From positions 217 to 64,216 of IMG/VR virus record IMGVR_UViG_3300033407_000010: DNA of 64,000 bases. One strand, 5' to 3'. The translations under genes were made by a program, and so were the position numbers. Shown in pieces: positions 45,790 to 53,905 of this stretch; the stretch's first letter is position 1; the number at the start of each line of letters is the position of its first letter. Source of the stretch: a virus. Taxonomy: Duplodnaviria; Caudoviricetes. The notes beneath the pieces were generated by a model. That model worked only from the letters and a program-made list of their open reading frames with translations, made no database searches and had not been told where the DNA came from.

Positions 45790-46047
45790 CGGGGACTCGT
45801 GCGTGTGAACGGGGACAGAAAAACCGCCTATGGCCTCCGCGTGGGGTCAAGCGAGCCGCCGTTCAGGCGGCCTCGCGCGCGGAGACACGGGAGGTAACTG
45901 AGAGAGGAGACTCTATCGATAGATCTATCCAAGCGCGCGGATCGCTTGTCGCTCCCGCGCTTGATCGACAGTCTCTGTGAGGGGGTATCTGCGCGGCGGC
46001 CATATCTTTGGCCGCGCAACACGCGTGAGAAGGCCACGGGACAAAGA

Positions 46048-46266
46048 GGACAGTCAAGCCCCCAAAAGCTGTCCGTCCTGTCCGATCGTCCTTAGGTCCT
46101 TGATGTGTCTGGTAATATTTCTTTCAAAAGTCCGATTGTGCAGCGCACTGGGACAGGAATAATTCCTAGAACGGACAGCTTTTTTTCGTTAACGTTTGTG
46201 ACGTGCAGAAAAGGACAGACCGGACAGCTTGACTGTCCACTGTCCTGTTTCCTGTCCGCGCTGTCC
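46048..46266. repeat. Cluster of 11 GGACAG/CTGTCC hexamers with AT-rich inserts (candidate origin or packaging site)
   Basis: GGACAG at 46048, 46151, 46173, 46213, 46222; CTGTCC at 46069, 46078, 46233, 46240, 46252, 46261. Confidence 0.7.
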
Positions 46267-46276
46267 GGTTTTTAGG

Positions 46277-46924
46277 CTATGTCGTTGTTTTTGTTGGGGC
46301 GATTTTTGCGACCGCGTCGACCTTCCTTTGTCCGATCCACTGCACGTACGGAAGTGCCCGATTGCCGGCCGCCGTCTCGGCGAGACGATAATTTTTGTAG
46401 CCTCGATTGAGGTCGCGCATGCCGGCGCCTTCGCCCATGCGTCTCTCGACAAGAGCAGCTGCGGCCTCCGCCTGCTGGCGGGCGCGGGCCAGGACCTCGC
46501 GCGGTTCACAGCACTCGTCCGCAGTGTGCTCGATCGCGTGGAGGGCGTCCGCGGCCGCCAGGGCGTAGCAGCCGTCTCCAAGATCGGCACCGCCGGCGGA
46601 CCACTGCTCGTGGCAGAGCCACAGGATCATGCCGGCGCGGCCAGGGTCGCGGCACCACCTGGCGCCGGCGAGGCGCATGGCGACGCGGCGGCGCGCGGCA
46701 ATCTCCTGAACCAGCTGCGCCGGGTTGCGCGTCACCTGGACGATGACGAATTCCCGGACGCGAAGCGGTGCGACCACCGCCACCGCGCAGAGCGGCAGGG
46801 CGTCAAGATACGCCCTCACCAGACAGTCTGCTGTGTCAGATTTTCGTGCGGAGGCACTGCGGCGGTCGGGACCCCTGCCGCGTCCTGAGATCACCGAAGT
46901 CGCAGCAACATCATGGCTATGCAC
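46277..46924 (-). CDS. Hypothetical protein
   Basis: 215 aa ORF; start uncertain. Confidence 0.5.
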   Translation of the reverse strand: MHSHDVAATSVISGRGRGPDRRSASARKSDTADCLVRAYLDALPLCAVAVVAPLRVREFVIVQVTRNPAQLVQEIAARRRVAMRLAGARWCRDPGRAGMILWLCHEQWSAGGADLGDGCYALAAADALHAIEHTADECCEPREVLARARQQAEAAAALVERRMGEGAGMRDLNRGYKNYRLAETAAGNRALPYVQWIGQRKVDAVAKIAPTKTTT

Positions 46925-46948
46925 GGCGCTCTATCACCCGTTGAAATG

Positions 46949-46964
46949 ATTTGACATATCAAAT
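46949..46964. promoter_or_regulatory. Perfect operator ATTTGA-cata-TCAAAT between divergent genes
   Basis: Extended palindrome TGATTTGA-cata-TCAAATCA 46947-46966; contains TTGACA. Confidence 0.7.
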
Positions 46965-47018
46965 CACCGGCCCGAAAGTAGCACGGGAATCTGACAGGTC
47001 CAAACGGGGATTCGGGGA

Positions 47019-48146
47019 ATGAGTGGGCGCGACCGCCGACTTCGCTTTCATCCGGTTGCCGACATCTTTCCGCTGCTTGACGGTGACGAGTTCGACGCCC
47101 TGGTCACTGACGTTCGCGAGAACGGTGTGCTTGAGCCGATACGGCTGTACGAGGGCCAGGTACTCGACGGCCGGAACCGGTATCGCGCCGCGCAAGCTGC
47201 CGGCGTCGACTGCCCGACGAAGGCTTACGACGGCGCCGACCCGGTGTCGTTCGTCGTGTCGCTGAACCTCAAGCGCCGGCACCTGAACAAATCGCAACTC
47301 GCCTACGTGGCGCTCGATATCGAGCGGATTGAAGCGGAACAAGCAAAAGCCCGACAGATCCGGAAACCAAATTCTGTTCCGCAATTAGTTGCGGAACAAA
47401 AGGGCGAAGCCCGCGAGAAGGCCGCGGCCGCCGTCGGTACAAACCGTCAGTACGTCTCCGACGCCAAGGCGATAGCCGAGAAGGCGCCGGAGCTCGCCGC
47501 GCAGATCAAGGCCGGCACCAAGACAGTCACTCAAGCAAAACGGGAGATCAAAGAGCAGGCGCGGGAACAGCGCCGCGCAGAAAACCGGATCAAGGTTGCC
47601 GCGATCCCTGAACCGCGGCAGGTCGTCGGCAGCGCGCGCTTTGCCACCATCGCAATCGACCCGCCATGGGATTGGGGCGACGAGGGCGACCAGGATCAGC
47701 TCGGGCGAGCGCGGCCAACCTACGAAACCTGGTCTGTCGGTCGCTTGATGGAACTGCCAGTTGGCGATTTTGCCGACGACGACTGCCACCTGTACCTGTG
47801 GATCACCAACCGGTCGCTGCCCAAGGGCTTCGACCTGATCGAACGCTGGGGCTTCCGCTACATCACGGCGCTGACGTGGGTGAAGCCGCATTTCGGCATG
47901 GGCAACTATTTCCGCGGCCAGACCGAGCATGTTCTGTTTGGCGTCAAGGGCAGCCAGCCGCTCAAACGCAAGGACGTAGGCACCGCATTCCATTGGCCAC
48001 GCGGACCGCAGGGGCACAGCAGCAAGCCGATGGAATTCTACCAGATGGTCGAATCCTGTTCGCCCGGACCGTATCTCGAAATGTTTTCGCGATGCGACCG
48101 CGCCGATTGGTTTGCTTGGGGCGAAAATGCGTCGGCCGCCGCTTGA
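47019..48146 (+). CDS. ParB-like domain fused to MT-A70 family N6-adenine methyltransferase
   Basis: FHPVADIFP...VLDGRNRYRA; IAIDPPW, HLYLWITN, WGFRY..LTWVK, GMGNYFRGQTEH, HSSKP, LEMFSR. Confidence 0.92.
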   Translation: MSGRDRRLRFHPVADIFPLLDGDEFDALVTDVRENGVLEPIRLYEGQVLDGRNRYRAAQAAGVDCPTKAYDGADPVSFVVSLNLKRRHLNKSQLAYVALDIERIEAEQAKARQIRKPNSVPQLVAEQKGEAREKAAAAVGTNRQYVSDAKAIAEKAPELAAQIKAGTKTVTQAKREIKEQAREQRRAENRIKVAAIPEPRQVVGSARFATIAIDPPWDWGDEGDQDQLGRARPTYETWSVGRLMELPVGDFADDDCHLYLWITNRSLPKGFDLIERWGFRYITALTWVKPHFGMGNYFRGQTEHVLFGVKGSQPLKRKDVGTAFHWPRGPQGHSSKPMEFYQMVESCSPGPYLEMFSRCDRADWFAWGENASAAA

Positions 48147-48762
48147 GTACGGATTCCGTGAACGGTTAGCGTTCAGCGCCGGCGCTGCACAAGGCGCCAC
48201 CGTCGAGTCTGTGCTGCTTGGCAACGTGCCGGGCGCCGTCAAGGTCGTCAAATCGACCATGGAGGAAGACAGGAACGGAACAGACTGGTGGATCCAAACG
48301 CAGTCAGGCAGCCGGCTGAGCGTGGACGCCAAAGTCCGCGAGCGAGACTGGGCTGCGACGCATCCCGACGAGGACGACCTCGCCCTTGAAACATGGTCCG
48401 TCGTCGAAAGTGGGGTCGTCGGTTGGACCAGGGATGAACGCAAGAGAACCGACTACATACTTTGGCTTTGGGTTGACACCGGACGCTGGTGCCTGATCCC
48501 GTTTCCATTTCTATGCCGCGTTTTTGCGGACTGCTGGCCTGCCTGGTCTACGACCTTCAGGACAGCCCGGCAACGCACCCCGCATCTGAACGGCGGCGGC
48601 TACCACAGCGAATGCGTCTTCGTCCCGCGGCGAACAGTCTGGGCTGAAATCTACAAGACGTTCAGCGGCGTGCTGGAGGCCCCTGATCAATGCGCGGGCG
48701 ACGATGACGACGACATCGACATCGAAAAGCTGCTCGATGAGATGGCGGCGAGCACCGAATGA
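48127..48762 (+). CDS. PD-(D/E)XK nuclease-like protein
   Basis: EEDRNGTDWW...SVDAKVR...LALETWSV...GWT; overlaps the MTase stop. Confidence 0.65.
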   Translation: MRRPPLEYGFRERLAFSAGAAQGATVESVLLGNVPGAVKVVKSTMEEDRNGTDWWIQTQSGSRLSVDAKVRERDWAATHPDEDDLALETWSVVESGVVGWTRDERKRTDYILWLWVDTGRWCLIPFPFLCRVFADCWPAWSTTFRTARQRTPHLNGGGYHSECVFVPRRTVWAEIYKTFSGVLEAPDQCAGDDDDDIDIEKLLDEMAASTE

Positions 48763-48949
48763 CGACCACCAGACGATCGCCGGAGCAGACCGCGGACGAG
48801 CGCCGCGAACCGCCGCCACCTGCCGGCGAGTACGATCCGGCCGCCGATCTTGCGGGCTCGCTCGAGGATTGCTACCGCGCCATCAAGGCCCGGAAAGCCG
48901 CCGGCGGCCCCGGCTGGCCGCGGGAGTGACACATCGAGACAATATCCAA

Positions 48950-49240
48950 TCAGCGTGTTTGAACGATCTGTCGCTTCATAATATTCATCTGCCCATCGGG
49001 GCCAACCCTGCAACCAAATCGATAGCCCAATCGCATGCCATCAAGCTCGATAACAATATCGGCGATATGAAAGGTGAAAGACGCAAACGCATGATCGTAT
49101 CTAGCGGACTTCTGAATTACCTTAATCCCGGCAATCTTAGGCAGATGAGCAAGAGCATCGACAAGGCACGCATTGCTTTTGAAATCGGATCGAGCAGGAG
49201 ACGCAGCAAGTAAGAAAGCCGCCAAAATGATCCAGCGCAT
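48950..49240 (-). CDS. Exported hypothetical protein
   Basis: MRWIILAAFLLAASPARS signal peptide. Confidence 0.55.
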   Translation of the reverse strand: MRWIILAAFLLAASPARSDFKSNACLVDALAHLPKIAGIKVIQKSARYDHAFASFTFHIADIVIELDGMRLGYRFGCRVGPDGQMNIMKRQIVQTR

Positions 49241-49272
49241 TGGTGTTGCTCCCCGTTCAAGCAGCCATTGGG

Positions 49273-49458
49273 CTAGGTCAGGGCCCGCTCTATCAGGCGC
49301 CGAATGGCCTCCGGCCGGGACGGATTATCTTCCTGGGTTTCGATCCAGCGGTCGAGCTTCCCGGCAAGATCCGGCTGGAGGCGGACCATTACCGGCTCAC
49401 CCTTGCCGGTTGGCGCAGGACCCCGCTTTTTCTTTGGTATCACGGTTTGACGTTTCAT
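49273..49458 (-). CDS. Ribbon-helix-helix (Arc/CopG-like) regulator
   Basis: KKRGPAPTGKGEPVMVRLQP...SRPEAIRRLIERAL. Confidence 0.8.
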   Translation of the reverse strand: MKRQTVIPKKKRGPAPTGKGEPVMVRLQPDLAGKLDRWIETQEDNPSRPEAIRRLIERALT

Positions 49459-49549
49459 CCCAACCGTGCTACCACAGTTCGGTCGGGACGCCAAGGTGCT
49501 GTGAACACCAAGGCGCCCCTAAGCACCGCAACCTGGATTGGAGGTCACC

Positions 49550-49861
49550 GTGCCTGTTCCCAGCTCTATCACGCGCCGTCGTCTTCTCACAGCCGCCGCA
49601 CTGGCGCCGCTGGCCACGGTTCCGGCCGCCGACCCCGTCCTGGCGGCGATCGCGCGGCACCGCGAGCTGTGGCTCGCCATGGACGACCGGCAGCATGCCG
49701 CCTTCCTGGACATGTTCGCCGTGGAGCCGACGACGCGCACCGGCATCGCCGCGCTCGCGGCGCACGTGCGCGAGATGCTCGAGATGTGGGGCTCCGACGA
49801 CGACTGCGTCGACGTCCGCGGGCTCAAGGCGATCGAGGCCGCCGTGATGCGGGTCGGGTGA
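49550..49861 (+). CDS. Hypothetical protein with twin-arginine-like N-terminus
   Basis: ITRRRLLTAAALA; GGAGG RBS before GTG. Confidence 0.6.
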   Translation: MPVPSSITRRRLLTAAALAPLATVPAADPVLAAIARHRELWLAMDDRQHAAFLDMFAVEPTTRTGIAALAAHVREMLEMWGSDDDCVDVRGLKAIEAAVMRVG

Positions 49862-49862
49862 C

Positions 49863-50084
49863 ATGGCCAGCCCACGCCTTACCGTCCTCACAGACCTAGC
49901 CACCGGCGCGACCATCAGCGCCGCCGGCGGCTTCTCGCCGTGGGACGGCAGTCGCTGGCGCTGGATCGCCGCGGCCGTCGCCGACCGTTACGGGTGCGAT
50001 CCGGAAGACGTTGACTTCCTTGAGACCGACGACGGCGACCAGGTTTCGGCGCGGGGCGTCCCCGTCGCCGGCCTGGCGTGGTGA
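49863..50084 (+). CDS. Hypothetical protein
   Basis: 73 aa. Confidence 0.55.
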   Translation: MASPRLTVLTDLATGATISAAGGFSPWDGSRWRWIAAAVADRYGCDPEDVDFLETDDGDQVSARGVPVAGLAW

Positions 50085-50201
50085 GCGGAGGAACAACGAT
50101 GACCAAGCTCCCCTACGGCTGGGCCACTGCCGCCGTCCTCCAATTTGCCGTCACCTACGGCTTCGCCCTGTTCATCCTGCTGTTCATGTGAGGAGAAGGC
50201 C

Positions 50202-50501
50202 ATGCACGCCTATTGCTACGCATCTGGACTGGTCGAATTCGGCGACAGCGTGCCGCGTGGTGCGCTGCCGATCGCCCGCGGACCCGCTCGCCGCTTGCGC
50301 AACTTCATCGAGCCGCTCGCTCGGCACGGCTATGACGCCGAGAAGAACAAGAACGGCCGGCTTACCAAGATCCGAGGCACGGACACGCTGCTGGTACCCG
50401 GCGTGCCGGAAGCACCGGACCAGTCCGCCGCGCTCGCCGCGCTCGAGCGGTGGCTCGATTGGATCAAGGCAAAAGCGCCGAACGGCATCAAGGTGAGTTG
50501 A
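50202..50501 (+). CDS. Protein resembling Mu-like phage proteins annotated as host nuclease inhibitor
   Basis: AYCYASGLVEFG..P.GALPIARG...LARH...LLVPGVPEA; GAGGAG RBS. Confidence 0.6.
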   Translation: MHAYCYASGLVEFGDSVPRGALPIARGPARRLRNFIEPLARHGYDAEKNKNGRLTKIRGTDTLLVPGVPEAPDQSAALAALERWLDWIKAKAPNGIKVS

Positions 50502-50609
50502 CCATGCTCCGCTCGGTTCTCGAAGAACTCGCCGCCCTCGTTTCGGTCTCGCTGTTCGTCAGCATGATCGCCGTGTGGGCAATCATCATCCCGAGCCTGT
50601 GAGGCTGCC

Positions 50610-50876
50610 ATGACCGAATATCCTGGTGGGGAGTTCTCAGTCTTTCAATTCTTCGCTGACGAAAGCTACGAGTGTGTGCGCTCGCGCGTCGACGCCGAGA
50701 CGGCCGTCATGGCGGCCAAGCACTACACGACCAGCGTCGGCGCGCAGCTCGGCACCACGCGGCGCGTCATCATCACCGATGGCGGCGACTGCACGAACTT
50801 CGAATGGAAGTTCGGCGAGGGAGTCATCTACCCACCGCATGACGGGCGCCAGTTCGTCGCCGGAGGATCCTCATGA
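50610..50876 (+). CDS. Conserved hypothetical phage protein
   Basis: FSVFQFF...RRVIITDGGDCTNFEWK. Confidence 0.65.
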   Translation: MTEYPGGEFSVFQFFADESYECVRSRVDAETAVMAAKHYTTSVGAQLGTTRRVIITDGGDCTNFEWKFGEGVIYPPHDGRQFVAGGSS

Positions 50877-50997
50877 AGTTCGACCGGGACGCGGTGGTCA
50901 GCTTCTTCCCGAACGGCAAGAGCCGCGACCCGGGGCCGAGCGTCGCGCAGATCAGGGCGGCGAAGAAAGCCGTGCCGAAGAATGCGGAGGACGAGCT

Positions 50998-51270
50998 GTG
51001 AGCATCATCATCTTTGATGAAGCGGACATCCCGCCGAATCAAGAGCGCGTAGTGACCTATCCGCCAGTTGCGAACCGCCGAGCTGCTCCGCAGCATTGTA
51101 GTTGCTGGAGTTGTTGGTTCTCTGTGCCCGCGGTCGGTTCGCTGGGCGGCGTTTGGCTTTTTTGCGATCACCCCGAAAGCTTCAAGAGGTACGTGAGCCC
51201 CGATGAAGTGTGCGAATGCTGGATGCTGTCTGCGTTCGAGCGGCGCGACAAAGATTGCGAGCACACATGA
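50998..51270 (+). CDS. Cys-rich hypothetical protein
   Basis: HCSCWSC...FCDHP...VCECW; GTGA overlap. Confidence 0.45.
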   Translation: MSIIIFDEADIPPNQERVVTYPPVANRRAAPQHCSCWSCWFSVPAVGSLGGVWLFCDHPESFKRYVSPDEVCECWMLSAFERRDKDCEHT

Positions 51271-51557
51271 CTTACGAAGATTTTCTGGAAGGGCATCGAA
51301 TTAAGGCGCTGTGCTTGCTCATCGAAGAGCGCTCGCGATACACCTGCGCGCAAAAGCTTTTCATGGACTACGAGATGCGCATGAAGGCTCTGAATTTGAA
51401 GGCAATGACTTGGCTTCAAATTGGCGACCGGCTGACCGAACTTAGAATTGCGGAGGAAAATCTCGAAGAGAATTACGGCGACACGGAACTTATGAGGTCT
51501 CGCTACAAAGACCTTCACGTCTCGCCCGAATTGCCGATCGAGGACCGACAACCATGA
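51267..51557 (+). CDS. Hypothetical protein
   Basis: 96 aa; ATGA overlap. Confidence 0.5.
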   Translation: MTYEDFLEGHRIKALCLLIEERSRYTCAQKLFMDYEMRMKALNLKAMTWLQIGDRLTELRIAEENLEENYGDTELMRSRYKDLHVSPELPIEDRQP

Positions 51558-51796
51558 CCGACCGTCGGCCGTATTATCGCGACTACTACCAGCGCAACCG
51601 CGAGCGGATCCTGGCCACGAAAAAGCGCAGGCGCGAGGCCTGGGACGATCGACGCCGCGAGATCGAAGCGCAGCGTGGCCGGACACACTGGGCCGAGAAC
51701 CGACACGTCATCAAAGTCGCTCGTGTGTTTGGCGTATCGCGCCCCACCGCGCGCGGCATCATCGCCGGCAGGGAGGACCACCATGACCGCGCTTGA
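51554..51796 (+). CDS. Small basic protein
   Basis: YYRDYYQRNRERILA; C-terminal HTH-like. Confidence 0.55.
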   Translation: MTDRRPYYRDYYQRNRERILATKKRRREAWDDRRREIEAQRGRTHWAENRHVIKVARVFGVSRPTARGIIAGREDHHDRA

Positions 51797-52358
51797 ACGG
51801 ATCGAGGATCTGACGCCGGCGCAGCGGGCAGAAGGCTGTGCCAGCAAAACCGGTGACCGCTCCCAGGCGGCAACCACTGAGGTTCACTTGTGCCCGCCCG
51901 AATATCCCGACGCCTGCCGTCCCTGGCGGTGCCGGCACGAGCCGCAGTTTGTGATGCAGGCGGATGTCAAGATCGTCCCGCTCAGGAGGGGAGGCAGCAC
52001 CATCGAGATAGACCACGCCGTCTGCCTCGCCTGCGGCAAGAGCATGGGGTCGGCCTACGGCGGCAACGTGCTGGTCGACCTGCACATGCTGTGGCGGCAT
52101 CTCGGCTGGCATGCGAAGATCGGCAGCAGGATCATCACTTTGCGCGAGAAGTGGACACGAATCGCCATGCATCTGTTCGGTCGAGATGGCTGGAACGGTC
52201 GGCACGAGGCCATCGCCCGCATGATCGACCCGCATCTCACGATGAAGATACGGCCGGCGCCAGGCCAGGGCCGCCGCAAGGGCGCGCGGCGGCTGATGTT
52301 TATGTCGTTCGACGAGTCGTACCTGCGCCCGCTAGCGATAGAGGAGGGTATCGGATGA
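51783..52358 (+). CDS. Hypothetical protein with CxxC
   Basis: HAVCLACGKSM; GGGAGG RBS. Confidence 0.5.
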   Translation: MTALERIEDLTPAQRAEGCASKTGDRSQAATTEVHLCPPEYPDACRPWRCRHEPQFVMQADVKIVPLRRGGSTIEIDHAVCLACGKSMGSAYGGNVLVDLHMLWRHLGWHAKIGSRIITLREKWTRIAMHLFGRDGWNGRHEAIARMIDPHLTMKIRPAPGQGRRKGARRLMFMSFDESYLRPLAIEEGIG

Positions 52359-52684
52359 CAACCGGCGCCGAGGCACGCGAGCACCGCAAGGCCATCGGCC
52401 GGCTGCTGGGCCGTACGATCACGACGGCCGAGATGGCGCAGCTACTCGGCCTCGCCAGCAAGGAGCGCGTGAAGGACTACGAGTCCCGCGCTCCGACCGG
52501 GCCGGTGGCCGCGGCGCTGAGGCTGATGCTGGCGCTTGCGACGGTACGGGTCTACATCGCCGACGAGATGGTCGCGCACGCTATGGTGTTGCCGCCCGGC
52601 GGTTACCCCCACAGAAAGCATCCGACGTTGATGCAGGTCGTCGACGAGGCGTTGGCGACGGAAAGGAACGGTTTGCGCGAATGA
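52355..52684 (+). CDS. HTH-like protein
   Basis: ITTAEMAQLLGLASKERVKDYES...PVAAALRLML. Confidence 0.6.
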   Translation: MTTGAEAREHRKAIGRLLGRTITTAEMAQLLGLASKERVKDYESRAPTGPVAAALRLMLALATVRVYIADEMVAHAMVLPPGGYPHRKHPTLMQVVDEALATERNGLRE

Positions 52685-52932
52685 GCGAAACACCAGTGTA
52701 TCGAGGGCGCAAAGGTTGGGTATGCCCCGTCTGCAAGCAACCGCGGCGAGCGGACGGCCATGATCCATGCTTGGGGGAATTGCCTGGAGTGCAGCACGCA
52801 TGCTGCGGACATGGTGGGCACGGCCTAACTGAAGGCTATATCTACTTTGAGAATGGCGTGCGGATAGGCATCGTGATCACATCAGTTTCATACGATGACG
52901 GCAGGAGCAGCATCAACGTCTCCCGTCGATGA
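52681..52932 (+). CDS. Cys-rich hypothetical protein
   Basis: CPVC...HDPCLGELPGVQHACCGHG. Confidence 0.6.
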   Translation: MSETPVYRGRKGWVCPVCKQPRRADGHDPCLGELPGVQHACCGHGGHGLTEGYIYFENGVRIGIVITSVSYDDGRSSINVSRR

Positions 52933-52947
52933 CGCTCGCCCAACGCG

Positions 52948-53235
52948 ATGGCAAGGGGACCCGCAGGCATGACACCGAGAGAAGTCGCGGAGGCGTGGTA
53001 CAGCGTGACGGACCGATGGATAGTTCGTCGCAACAAGATGCACGATGAACGTCAATGGGAAGTCGTTCACGATTGGGGCGGCGACATCATGTCGGATGAG
53101 ACGATACGGCTTATACGCCGGTTTGGTGAACAACGGCAGGCCGAGGCGCTTGCTAGGCGTCTGGAAGACGAGGCGAGAGGTAATGCGGTGCTGCGCGCTC
53201 TTGGATTAACGGCAGATTCAGGCCACGGCGGCTGA
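52948..53235 (+). CDS. Hypothetical protein
   Basis: 95 aa; convergent with replication operon. Confidence 0.45.
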   Translation: MARGPAGMTPREVAEAWYSVTDRWIVRRNKMHDERQWEVVHDWGGDIMSDETIRLIRRFGEQRQAEALARRLEDEARGNAVLRALGLTADSGHGG

Positions 53236-53249
53236 CATGAGTGCCTTAG

Positions 53250-53903
53250 TCAGCTGACCGGCACCCGATCACGGATCAGCCCATGTGCGATCAATAGGAG
53301 ACCGTGCCACCTTTGTCGCACGAACCAGCGGACACGGTACTCTGGAATACCGACTGATGCGCAGCGGTCGACGACATCCGCGTTTGCGGCGGCCCACATC
53401 GCGCCGCGGCAGACGGCGCGCGATACCTCCGGGTAGCGATTTAGATAGCTGACAATCCACTGGAACGACTGTTCCATCCTGGCAATCTCGGTCGGCGACG
53501 CCGGCAGCACCACGCGGTTGCGCTGGCGCATCAGCCGCTCAAGCTCGCCGCCTTCCTGCTGCGAGTTCAGGTCACCGCGGTCGTAGATGTATTCTGGAAG
53601 AGTGTTCCCAAACTCCTTGGGTCGTGTAGCCACCGACAGCCGCGCCAACACCCGATATGCTTCTTCGATGCGGTCAGCGACATGAACGACCGTCCACGTA
53701 ACCAGCGGGCGCCGCACAGGTGCTTGGGGGCTTGTCCTGGCACCGTCGATCTGGCCGAGCAGCCCAACAACGTGGCCGTCGTTCGGCGAATGCTCCCGCT
53801 GTAGCGATCGTTGCGCGCGTTCGGGGATCGAAAGTTCCGGCGGACTGTTCATGAGTGCGGGCTTCGGTACGGCTGGCTTACGGGGCTTGCGGATACGCGG
53901 CAT
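53250..53903 (-). CDS. DUF6362-like protein (possible late transcription regulator)
   Basis: WTVVHVADRIEEAYRVL...PTEIARMEQSFQWI; last gene of replication operon. Confidence 0.6.
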   Translation of the reverse strand: MPRIRKPRKPAVPKPALMNSPPELSIPERAQRSLQREHSPNDGHVVGLLGQIDGARTSPQAPVRRPLVTWTVVHVADRIEEAYRVLARLSVATRPKEFGNTLPEYIYDRGDLNSQQEGGELERLMRQRNRVVLPASPTEIARMEQSFQWIVSYLNRYPEVSRAVCRGAMWAAANADVVDRCASVGIPEYRVRWFVRQRWHGLLLIAHGLIRDRVPVS

Positions 53904-53905
53904 TC

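Noticed and set aside
49446-49459. TTTGA-cgtt-TCATC as a sixth repressor operator
   Set aside because: Several mismatches including flanks; lies within the RHH coding start
50411-50420. 10-nt match (AGCACCGGAC) to the 5' end of the mini-array spacer
   Set aside because: Too short to be beyond chance in 64 kb of GC-rich DNA; preceded by GGA, not an AAG/AWG PAM; lies mid-gene. I did not see a longer self-match, but a by-eye search is not exhaustive
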